Assembly: GCA_030264375.1 (NCBI GenBank)
Contig: JASCQW010000072.1
Span: 83,488,017-83,552,016, forward strand
Origin: Carcharhinus longimanus
Taxonomy: Eukaryota
Reading direction: 5' to 3'
Length of the DNA stretch: 64,000 nucleotides
The translations under genes and the position numbers were made by a program. Below the pieces are notes generated by a model that worked only from the letters and a program-made list of their open reading frames with translations, did no database searches and was not told the DNA's origin. Each line of letters opens with the position of its first letter. Position 1 is the first letter of the stretch. Positions 1 to 10,570 of the stretch are shown here, in pieces.

Positions 1-210
1 GCCTGTTTGGGTACACTGAGGGAGAATTTAGCATGGCCAATGCACCTAACCAGCACATTTTTCAGACTGTGGGAGGATGCTGGAGCACCCAGAGGAAACC
101 CACGCAGATATGGGGAGAACGTGTAGATTTTACACAGACAGTGAGCCAAGTTGGGAATCAAATGTGAGTCCCTGGCACTGAGAAGCAGCAGTGCTAATCA
201 CTGTGCTATC
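1..210 (-). mobile_element. HE1-like V-SINE, tail type B, truncated by window edge
   Basis: Reverse complement of tRNA-like head (cacagtgattagcactgctgc), V-domain (ttctccccatatctgcgtgggtttcctc) and gctaaattctccctcagtgtacc. Confidence 0.85.
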
Positions 211-574
211 TGGCTAACGTAAATTGACAGTGCACTTAGAGATCAATTGCAGGCCAGCATCGCTTTTCCATCTGTTTTTAGCGAAGGATCTGATGCAGCC
301 TAGCAAAAAGCTCATTAGATTTGGAGAGAATTGCAAAGAATAATGCGGATAATGAGACACTGTCCAGCCAAGTTAATCCCACCTGACAAAGGCATCATGC
401 ACTGAATATGTACTGAAACAGAAAACTGATAAAACACTGAAGGTACATTCTATGAACTTGTAAATGAATAAGGTAGCAAATTTGGAATTAATTGGCTGGT
501 TACAGAGAGTCAGTTGGTTTTAAAGGGGAAATCCCATACTAATATGATAGGAAAGCACTTTTGTTTCTGGAGTG

Positions 575-1025
575 ACAATAATTTGCATGTATATAGTGGC
601 AGAGTAAAAAGGTCCCCAGACACTTCACAGAGACATGCGGAAAAATGAATTCTATGTAAGAGAAGGGCAGGTGGTCAGAAACTTGGTTTAAAGTCTTTTA
701 AAGGAAGCCTTAAAAGAGGGTGATGTAGAGGCACAGGGATTTAGAGGGGGAAATTACAAGGAGTGGAATTGACATGGCTGAAGGCACAGCCGGCAATGAC
801 AGAGCAGAGGGAAGACAGAATGAAGAAGACAGTTAGATAAGTAGAGAATTTGGGCTTGGGGGGAGTGAGGCAGTGATCTTTTGTATTGCTGTCTGAGGTT
901 ATGGTAACAGAAAAGCCAGGGCCATTAGTGAATTTTAACAGGAGGATAAGAACTTGAAATTTGAAGACTAGGAGCAAAGATACATCAGCAAGGATGAACA
1001 AGCATTACTTGGTTCAGGATAAAAG
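575..1025 (-). mobile_element. Degenerate L2-like LINE 3' fragment
   Basis: Begins aataatttgcatgtatatagtg...cacttcacag and continues as purine-rich text typical of a reversed L2 3' end; similar to 5290-6620. Confidence 0.5.
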
Positions 1026-1045
1026 ATGGTCTTTGTGATGGAGAG

Positions 1046-1320
1046 GACGGTGGCTCAGTGATTAGCACTGCTGCCTTACATCTCCTGGACCTGGGTTCAA
1101 TTTCCAGCTTGGGTTCACTGTCTGTGTGGAGTCTGCACATTTTCTCCGTGTCTGCATGGGTTTCCACTGGTTTTCTCCCACAGTCTGAAAGACGTGCTGG
1201 TTAGGTGGATTGGCCATGCTAAATTGCTCCTTAGTGTTTAAGGTCTGGGGAACTAGATTGAGACTGCACTGATCACAATGGGCCAAACGGCCTCCTTCTG
1301 CACTGCAGGATTCTATGATA
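1046..1320 (+). mobile_element. HE1-like V-SINE, tail type A (CR1/HER1-like)
   Basis: ggtggctcagtgattagcactgctgcc...gggttcaa...tctgtgtggagtctgcacattt...ggcctccttctgcactgcaggattctatga. Confidence 0.9.
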
Positions 1321-2629
1321 TGGCATTGGAAGCTGAGCTTGATGTTGAATAGGATTATGCATTATCCTGACGTTGAAATATATCCTCCATGCCTTTTGCA
1401 AAACAAAATAGTAAAGCAAGTTAACAAAACCAGTATAAGAAACCTGAAACTGAAAGAAAGGTGACATTTACATGGAATAGCCAGTGATAATGCTCCACTC
1501 GAGCCTCTTCCCATCTTTCCTCATCTAATTCTCCCCCATATGTTTGCCCAGCTTTCCCTTAACTCTATAACTATTCATCAAACTTGATACATCATGTTGG
1601 GCAAGGAGATACTAGTTCCAATTCAAGTCCCTTTTCAAGACTGGCACAGACCGTTTAAAAGACCATTCCAAATTTTACATCAATTTATCTCATTGTTTAT
1701 GTGTTGGTGTAATAATGCATCAAATTAAAGACAAACCAAAGATTCTGGAGCCTGAAACGCTTCTTGAATGACCAAAGAATTTGTCTGCACTTCCCACATT
1801 CGTTAGTTGATTGAACTTCCAACTTCCTCAAATCTTCCTCAGTTTGGAAAATCGATGCTTACACAGCAGTAGCATATACAGAGAGCTGATTTACAGTGCT
1901 TACTTTCAAAGAAGCCACTTCAAGTTTAAGAATGCTAAAAATTATTTATTGGTTGGCACACACCTCATAGGCATGAGACTGACCAGACCCGATCCTTCCT
2001 CTGCCGCCAATCCTTCAGTAAGGCCCTGTTCTCTCCAAGACCCCCACTCTGACCTGCCCCCCACTTCCCCTCAAGACACCTGGAGCTTATGACAGGGAGA
2101 AACGGTAATCTCATCCTTGGGGGGGGGGGAATGGCAAGGTCAGTATCTTACCCCCACCACCCCAGCCCAACCCCCACCCAACCCCACGCCCCAGGACCCT
2201 TGAGGGACCCCATTCTCTGCAGCCTGGCAGCAGCAGATGAACAAATGGCCACGGGATCTATCTCCTTGACACCTCCTCACCTCCTCGGGGCTCAAGGCAG
2301 CAGGCCACAGGGTAATGCACCACTGGCACTGCCAAGGCAGGTGGCTTAAATGGGGGGCATGAATGGGGGTCTAAGGGGGCAAGTGACCTGAGTGGGATCT
2401 GAGGAGTGTCACTACAGTCAGGAAGCCGATCAGTACTGGTGGATGGGTCAGTTGACGTCCATCAGGAAGCTCGATTTTTGGCTGACTCCCCATTCCCCAA
2501 GGCATCAGGTATGCTGCCAGCTGTCTCACAAGGCTGGAAAATCCAGACCCAAGTTCCAGTTCAACCAAGTTGATCAGCTTGTTGATGATGGACTGAGTTG
2601 GCGCAGTAGTGACAAAAATAGTGTCTTAC

Positions 2630-2776
2630 CTTACATGGTGATCCTTTGGTAACTGAGGTACCTGCGACATCACCTGCCTCCCATAGGCTCTTTTTGGTGG
2701 CAACATCCTCCGGTAGGTTTGGCATATCCAGTGACGCATGTCTGAGCAGCTTTGTAGTGCTCTGTGTTTTAGTGTG
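2630..2776 (-). CDS. LSP1: LSP1 C-terminal (actin-binding, caldesmon-homology) coding exon; 5' end runs into an N-gap
   Basis: HTKTQSTTKLLRHASLDMPNLPEDVATKKSLWEAGDVAGTSVTKGSPCK|gtaaga; matches human KLARQASIELPSMAVASTKSRWETGEV...TPSCK. The acceptor is probably at the gap edge (tttttcttca-N at 2845). Confidence 0.92.
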
Positions 2777-2974
2777 NNNNNNNNNNNNNNNNNNNNNNNN
2801 NNNNNNNNNNNNNNNNNNNNNNNNNNNNNNNNNNNNNNNNNNNNTGAAGAAAAACTCGCAATTTCCTGAAATAACTCCAAAGAATGAATACACCGTGCCA
2901 AATTAATGAGACCGACAGTTTCTACAGATGCTCACAGCCTGAGTTCAAACACAATAAGTGGGGTTGTCTGCACA

Positions 2975-3165
2975 ACCTGGCGTGTGTTTGGCAGTGGCAG
3001 AGGTGGTCCGCCATTAGCCGGCAGCAGGATCTTCTGGTCGCATCCTTGCCAGTAGGGTTGCCCATTGAATTCACCCATCACCACCTGAAAACCCATGGCA
3101 GGCATACACCGTCAGCGTGGCAGGATGATCCCCTCAGCATGAATGGCCGGAATGTTCCGGCCAAT
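2975..3165. mobile_element. GC-rich MITE-like element fragment
   Basis: Ends gaatggccggaatgttccggcc; shares gtgtttggcagtggcagagg-type text with 18550-18740 and 21688-21846. Confidence 0.45.
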
Positions 3166-3965
3166 GTATGGTCTCTTGGGTAAAATACCAGTGATGAGCA
3201 AAGGCAAAGGGAAGGGAAGAAAATTGCCAAAGAAAGGAGGAGAACAAAATGTAATGTTGGAAGATCCTGTTTCAAAAGGAAATCAGCGATAATTCAGAAA
3301 CAAGCTTTCAATTTCATGCGAGGAGGCTACATGATTAATTACTTTGCATTCTATGTTACAACAATAAATTCACTTCAAAAGTGATTTATTAGCGAGAAAG
3401 CATTTGGGATGTATTGAGGTCACGGAAGATCTTAACATCATCTTTTGTTCTTTTCTAACCATTTCCATGAATCCATTTCCAATATTTAGCCGCTTACAAT
3501 AATAATCGCTGATGGTATCATAGCAAGGTAAGCGTGGGTGGTTGGAGGAGCTGGTGATATATTGGCTCAAGTCCAATGGCATAGCTGAATTCAACCCAGA
3601 GGCAAACGTTAACACAGGATGACTGAGTTAACAGAGTGAGAGAACTGTAATAATGCCAGCAGAGTTACAAACCCTTAAAAGCTAGAGTGTTAGCTGGCAT
3701 AAGATATTGAGTCTAACCATGAGCAAACAGAATTAATATATCAGTCAAAATACAATTATGAGCAGTGGATACATTTTGGGTGCGCAGGCCACAGTATTTC
3801 AAGTGCCTTGTAATTTGGTCAAGATTTGCTCGCACTAAAACAAGAACGTTGTTGAATGAAACACTTTCTATTTCTTGACCAGTACCAAACATTTCCAAGT
3901 CAGAACGTTTGGACAAGTTACCTCCAACATTAGCTAATTCTGTTTGTATATAATTAGGAGTAGTT

Positions 3966-4268
3966 CATAGAATCCCTACAGTGCAGAAGGAGGCCATTCA
4001 GCTCAGCTAGTCTGCACCGACCACAATCCCACCCAGACCATGTCCCCATAACCCCATGCATTTAACCTAGCTAATCCCCCATAACACTAAGGGGCAATTG
4101 AGCATGGCCAATCCACCTAACCTGCACATCTTTGGAATGTGAGAGGAAACCCATGCAGACATGGGGAGAATGTGCAAACTCCACACAGACAGTGACCCAA
4201 GCCAGGGAATCGAACCCAGGTCCAGGGCGCTGTGAGGCTGCAGTGCTAACCACTGTGCCACCGTGCCG
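3966..4268 (-). mobile_element. HE1-like V-SINE, tail type A
   Basis: catagaatccctacagtgcagaaggaggccatt...aaccactgtgccaccgtgcc (reverse complement of a full SINE). Confidence 0.92.
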
Positions 4269-5016
4269 GGCAAAATTTGTTGTTCTCAAACTGTAACAGG
4301 AAATAGATGAAGCTCAACCCAAGTTCATTTCATACAGAGTATGCGCTGCTGGCTGAGAAGAGACTTCAGTGATGTCAGTTTGAATCAAACCCAGATACTG
4401 AAGATGCATTCTGCTCACACAGCCAGGTTCAGATCCTCACAAGTATCGACTATACTATTAACACACTTATTTAGTTGTCAGCACATGCAGCTTATTTTGA
4501 AATGTACAGACTTGTCGCCTGAAAGAAATGGCAATGGTAATTGGCTCCTGCTAAGTCTGAGATCAGCACCTTCTAAACAATAATTTAGCAGCACTCCTTC
4601 ATTGATGAATTTTGTTATACTGATAAATAAGTAGCAAATCATGCCATCAGCTTCAGTGCTCTTTAGCACGAGATCCATAGTGCTGGCTTCACACTCACTG
4701 TGTGAAGGCACATTGTACAACTCAAGGTCTTTTCCGTTGGAGTGAGAAAACTTTTAAGGGACAGTAACATCCAAATCCTAAGACCAGGCCATACAGTAAC
4801 AAAGATCGAACAGTCAGCAGACTTATCAGGAGACTGTCGTGTACTTTTCCAACTTGCAGTAAGCAACTTCATGAAAAGGATAAAGCACTGAAGGAGTGCA
4901 CATTCCACACACACCTAGAATTCTTGTAACACTCCCATGTTAAGGAATTACGTATGGTCTGTGGCTTAAAGTCAATTTGTATCTGTGGCTGTAAAAGTGA
5001 GTAAAAATCAGATTAC

Positions 5017-5098
5017 CTCAACAGCACTGGTATACTGCTCCAATCGGTCATCAATCTTTGATATATTAGTTATGGGCTGGCTCTTCTTAATACTGTTA
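5017..5098 (-). CDS. LSP1: LSP1 82-nt coding exon, phase 2->0
   Basis: tttttttaaattacag|T AAC...GTT GAG|gtaatc = (S)NSIKKSQPITNISKIDDRLEQYTSAVE; matches LSP1 SNSVKKSQPDLPISKIDQWLEQYTQAIE. Confidence 0.95.
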
Positions 5099-5289
5099 CT
5101 GTAATTTAAAAAAAATGAGTTGTTAACTAAAATAATGCTTTCAAAGAAACTATTTTGAAAAGATGCACCACCACATTGAAACATCACAAGTGCAAGCATT
5201 CTTTCCAACTGTCAACCTTTGAATGTTATACAGCAATCATATTCAGAAGCATTATAATGATAATACATATACGCAACAAGAAAAGGAAC

Positions 5290-6620
5290 TTGTATTAGTT
5301 ATATAATGCCTTCAATGGAGATAAATATCACAACGGGCCTCAAGAGGTGCGACAAAAGATGGATCACAAACCAAAGGGAAGATAACGTGTGTGGCTAAAA
5401 TCTTTAGCGAAGAGGTAGAGATCATGGAGAGTTTTTTAAAAAAAAGGAGATGGTGAAGAGCTGTCCAAGTTTGGGGAGGAAATTAGGGAGCACAGGGCCA
5501 GATGACTAAAATCACATGGTTGCGAGAGATACAAGAATGTGGTTAATGGTGGTCTTGTCAACGATCAAGAGGACAGAATATAGAAGACATGGACAGAGTG
5601 ATATCATGCTTTGAATGAAGGCAGAAGAGTTTATCTGGATGTAGAGATGTATGGAGGTCAAGACAGAAACGAACTGTGGGGAAAGAGGGCAAGGAACATT
5701 GAGATAGTGATTGATATTATTAAGGATGAAGAGCTGCTTGTTGCTGAGGGAGGATATGGCAGCAATAAGTCTACTGTAGGCTTGGGATGGTAAACAATGA
5801 AGAATTGACAGGAGATACAAATGTATTCAAATAAAATAAGGCAACTAAATGAGGAGGGAGATTCCAGGAAAAATAGAACGAGAAGCCCCTGTGTGATATG
5901 CTGATAAGGACAACCCAGCAGGGATCAAATAATAGCAAGTATGGTTAACTGGGCAGGCTTTAATGCGCAAAAGGTTTCCCCAACCAGGAACATGGCAAAG
6001 TTTCTGTCAAAGCCACAAAAACCATCAACAACAATTAATTTGTAACATTCATGGATGAATATGCATCTTGGAGGCAAATATGGTGATTGTTAAATGGTCA
6101 GCAGAATCCCTTGCAGAACCAAATGAACAGGGGAGAGAGGAGGCAATTGCCCAGTGTAGTCACTGAGTGGGAATATCAAAGAGAGAGAGAGAGAGGATGT
6201 GCTATTTGCAGTTATTGTTCCCATGGAGGCAGGAATAGATGGGTTCATTGGAGAGTGCCAAGATCGAGGTTGAAAGCTCAAGAGAAAGATCAAAACAAAA
6301 TTTAAGAGGGGGATGAGTTCACAGTGCACAACACCAGCTAAAATCCATATACAATGAAGCCAAAAGCTTCTCGGTTAATCGGGACAGCAGAGGTGTGGCT
6401 GGAAGTCGAGAGAATGAATGAGTTCAAAGCTCAAGTCTCAGGGTCAACAATGATGAAATGAAGACAATGCACTGGAACAGACTGTTAGATGAAGTGCTGG
6501 AGGAAGTTGGTCAGCGGAGTGAGAGAGCTGAAATACAGCGAGAGTGTTGAAATAAAGAGAGTCAGCCACGTACCAGCATTTGTCCGGGGGTTCAGGGGAG
6601 GTGCTCATTGGTCTCAGATA
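5290..6620 (-). mobile_element. Highly decayed L2-like LINE (3' end and RT remnants)
   Basis: aacttgtattagttatataatgcc 3'-end signature followed by ~1.3 kb of purine-rich decayed LINE-like text; no intact ORF. Confidence 0.5.
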
Positions 6621-6753
6621 CACGTAGCAGATCTGGTACAATATGTGAGGAGGGAGGGATAAACTCAAAAACCGAGAGGTGGGGAGAGCGAAAAGGTAAA
6701 TTTGATAAGAAAGATGATCAGAGGAAAAATGTTGCTGCAGTAAATGTTCTCAC

Positions 6754-6797
6754 CTCTTCTTCAGCGAACGGTTCAATGATTCTGTCCTTTCACTGAT
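6754..6797 (-). CDS. LSP1: LSP1 44-nt coding exon, phase 0->2
   Basis: tttctgattttcag|ATC AGT GAA AGG ACA GAA TCA TTG AAC CGT TCG CTG AAG AAG AG|gtgaga = ISERTESLNRSLKK(S); matches human LSP1 LIDRTESLNRSIEK. Confidence 0.95.
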
Positions 6798-7974
6798 CTG
6801 AAAATCAGAAACAGCGGAGTTTCAGTTCATTATTTAAATCAGAAATGACAGATAAAATCAGAAACACAGCAGTTTCATCTCATTGTTTAATGGCAGCACA
6901 AGTAGTTTTCTTACCAATTTTGATTTCAATCAATACTTTGCAGCCTGGGAAATCAATTACAGTTCTCATTTGCTGTTACCGTGGATATTCTGCTACCTTA
7001 ATTCAGCCTTATGTTGCTAAATAAGGCAAAAGAGCATGAGAAAGTCACGGTGTGAAATCGAGTGACAAACTCGTATTAAGATTCTTCAATAAAGTCAAAT
7101 GATCCGTACAGGAATTATATCTACAGTATTTGAGGGTGTCCATGAGAATGCAATTTTTGGGCATACTAGTTGTTGACATGTTTAATGTAAGTTTTTTCTA
7201 AATGGAAAGCACTTCTTGCAATCAAAAAATTTACCACAGACAATGATTATTAAAGAAGAAAGCTCCCATTATGTTTCCTTAAAATGTACAATTAATTCTT
7301 GTCCTTTTGGTGTAGCATATTTGAATTCAAGAGTCAAATTGTAATGACATCATCAGATAAAGGAACAAAAAATTTATTGGATTTACGAATTCAACCAGTA
7401 TCAGGGAGTTGAATTTTATAAACAGCAATGGTTAGTGAAGGGTGCTTTAATAATTGGTGTCTTTACTTATACTAATCCTGTCAGCCCCATCCCAGTGTCA
7501 CTAACTTCAATCTAACCAGTACCCTGCATTACTGACTGCACTCTGCTGATCTCAATTCAGTAAGCAACTGGAAATGTTATCTATGTCATTAATTTGTTTA
7601 AAAATAGAACAAAAAGGAAGTTTCAATTAAATCATTTTAATGGCTAGGTCGTCAAAATAATTTGAAATAATGAGATTCACTCCTGGAGCACTCAGACTGC
7701 TCTTTGAGCGAGTGGAAAACTGCATTCATTCCATGCGTTCGCAATGGACATTTAAAAGGGCCACAATAATAAGCCCTCCGATTCTTGCCGTTTTAATCTG
7801 CTCTTTCAGACATGTGAGCAGGATGTCTCCAAGGAGGTGAAAATGTCAGTTTTTAAATGTGCAGATTTATCTTCTCCACAAGGTCAATCTGATGGCCAAG
7901 TGATTGGGGCCAGAAAGTTAAAGTTGATTTAACTGTCTTTTATTTCTTTGTGGGATGACAAGAGCAGAGGTGGA

Positions 7975-8275
7975 CCTGGTGGCACAGTGGTTAGCACGGC
8001 TGCCTCATAGCGCATGGATCTGGGCTCAATTCTCAGCGTGGGTCACTGTCTGTGCAGAGTCTACACGTTCTCCCTGTGCCTGTGTGGGTTTCCTCCGGGT
8101 GCTCCGGTTTCCTCCCACAGTCCAAAAGGTTTGCTGGTTAGGTGCATTGCCATGCTGAATTCTCCCTCAGTGTGTCCGAACAGGCACAGGGGTGTGGCGA
8201 CTAGGGAGTTTTCATAGTAACTTCTTTGGAGTGTTATATTGAGCCTACTTGTGCCTAATAAATAAACTTTAACTT
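7975..8275 (+). mobile_element. HE1-like V-SINE, tail type B
   Basis: ggtggcacagtggttagcacggctgcc...V-domain...ttctccctcagtgtgtccgaacaggcac...cctacttgtgcctaataaataaacttt. Confidence 0.9.
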
Positions 8276-8794
8276 TCTTTCAGACCCCATAAGGAAAGGG
8301 TGGTCTTCCCTCTTCCTCCCCTGATCACATTGCCCTGCCAAAACCTCGACTAACCAGTTAGTGAATGACTGAGATTGTCCTTCTGGTAACCTGCATGTAG
8401 CATCCAACCACGCAAAAACCAGCTCCACTGTTCCCATCGGGTAGCACCTCCCACCAGAATCCGGCAGGAGACTGATGGAATCCAAGAGGTGAGGCTTCGG
8501 GGTTGAAATATTAGTTTCCTGACCACATTGGCCCCCTACTGAGTGGAAAGCCCAGAAAATAACATTGGGGAATCCAGCATCACCTCCAACACAGATGGTA
8601 TGAAGGGTGCGAGGGTATTTCTGAAAAGTGAAATCACAAATTAATCTCCAGGAGTCGGGAGATGAAAAAATAAATAAATGAAGTCATTAAAATGGAGAAT
8701 AATTAAAATGTCGTGTTTAAAAAAAAGTAAATTGCAAGCTTCAGTAGTGTGGCAGGACATTTGGCAGTTCTTTCAATACAAAAGTGTCAAGAGG

Positions 8795-9021
8795 TGTGGA
8801 GTTTATGTGTGGAGTTTGCACATTTTCCCTATTCTACACGAGTTTCCTCCCACAGTCTAAAGATGTACAGGTGGATTGGCCATGCTAAATTGCCCCTTAA
8901 TGTCAGGGGGATTAGTGGGGTAAATACATGTGATTAGTGAGAATGGGCATGGATGGGATTGTTGTCAGCGCTGACTCGATGGACCAAATGGCCTCCTTCT
9001 ACACTATAGGGATTCTATGAT
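8795..9021 (+). mobile_element. HE1-like V-SINE, tail A, 5'-truncated
   Basis: tgtgtggagtttgcacatt...ggattggccatgctaaattgcccc...ggcctccttctacactatagggattctatga. Confidence 0.85.
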
Positions 9022-9206
9022 TAGGTGCATCAGCAACATGATAATTTGAATCTTCTTGTCTTCGAGGTGGCCTATTGTGTACCAGCAGTTGGGCGTTTTT
9101 CATTAATTGCTGAGGAAAACTTGGTCACAAAGAGCAGGAATTCCTTGGGTTTGATTTATGTACAGTGCTAAGTGAGTTGGTCTGAGCCAGAGTGATTTTG
9201 GACACA

Positions 9207-9335
9207 GTGGCTGGAATTTTACCACCCATCTGCCATGGGAATCAGAGCGGGCAAGGGACAGACAATGGGAAGGGCTGTGGACATCAGGCGGGATTTTACA
9301 GCTACGCCCGTTCTGAAATCGTAAAATCCCACCTT
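9207..9335. mobile_element. MITE-like element with imperfect terminal inverted repeats
   Basis: ggctggaattttacc ... cgtaaaatcccacc; related copy at 45440-45545. Confidence 0.5.
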
Positions 9336-10435
9336 ACAAGTCATCTCAATACAGATATATTGAGTAAACGGAGCAATGTAGCTCAGGGAGGTCCCAGATT
9401 TTGTTTCCATTCTGTGCTGAGTTAACTAATCTGAATCAGAATCAGAATCACAGAGGAGGTCATACCCTCAGCTTCAGCAAAGCTGAAGGAGGTGTGAAGT
9501 GAGCACCTTCAACGTTGGATAATTAAATAGCTGCCATTCAAAGATTGGGTGATTCATTTTACTTACAAAATAATAAAAATCCTACTAAATAAACTGACCA
9601 AAGATGATGAATATGCAATTTTTTTTTAAATACGGACAATGGCATTGGCCTCATTAGTCTGATTAGATCCCATCTCTAGCCGAATAAGCATTGACTGAAA
9701 TTTTGGAGTAAATTAGAAAGGAAAAATAGTAATGACAGGAGGTTAAACAGAAATATTGGCCTGCTGCCTCATTCGTATTCGATTAACTCACCAAACAGCT
9801 TGTTTCTGATGTCATCCCTTCGTCATAGTCTTTCTGAAATTATAGAGACAGGGGATAGGAGATAGGAATGCCATGGCAAAAAAGGTGGAGAAATAGTAAC
9901 AGCCCAAAGATAACCGAGAGCAAGTCTGGTTAGTACTACTGGCAAAGAGTTACGGCAGATACATCACGGAGAATTCAGTAAGGTAACGGCTAGGTTCACG
10001 GGTGGGCTGGGCAACAATCCCAGAGACAACCTGGAATTTCAAACGTCAGCAGAAGAGGCTGCCTCTTTCAAATGACACACTGGAATGCCTGTGGCTTCAG
10101 CTTGTCAGGTTCGATTTGAGCACCTTTCAAGCAGATACTTGCAAAGATCAAGATGGGTTCTTGTTTCTGTCTACATACAGATGAAGCTGGATAAAACTTC
10201 AAAGACACCGGCTGCAGAGGTCAGGGAATAGGCCACATTCTGAACTCTCTGTCTGAAATCTCAGCCCACAAAATGCATACACATTGCACAAGCAGTCTGC
10301 AAATCAGATAATAAAGAGCCTGGGTCGTGATTCATTTAACTCGATGTTAAGAGCTGGATAGTGTGGGTGGCCGGGTGGTAAGGCAGTGCTCTGCGTTATG
10401 GTCATGAAGTTAGATGCAACTTTTCAGTATTACAT

Positions 10436-10570
10436 TTCTCAGTTCCTCATTTGAGTCATGTTGAGTCACGGTTGGGGGGTGGGGGTGGGGGGGGGGGGGG
10501 GGGTGGGCGGGGTGAAAACTGCAGCATTTTTCAGCCAAACAGAAAGGAAGTTAGCATTGTGAGTCACGCC
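10436..10570. promoter_or_regulatory. Candidate intronic enhancer (3x AP-1, 2x ETS/PU.1) around a G-rich tract
   Basis: TGAGTCA at 10452, 10462 and 10560; minus-strand GAGGAACT at 10441-10448; AAAGGAAGT at ~10543; G-runs 10474-10512. Confidence 0.45.

Noticed and set aside
1974-2035. Possible next LSP1 exon (GLTEGLAAEEGSGLVSLMPM, AG...GT bounded)
   Set aside because: No polypyrimidine tract, weak donor and no match to the expected GLKVGV/DIVAGD-type downstream exons; those probably lie left of the window.
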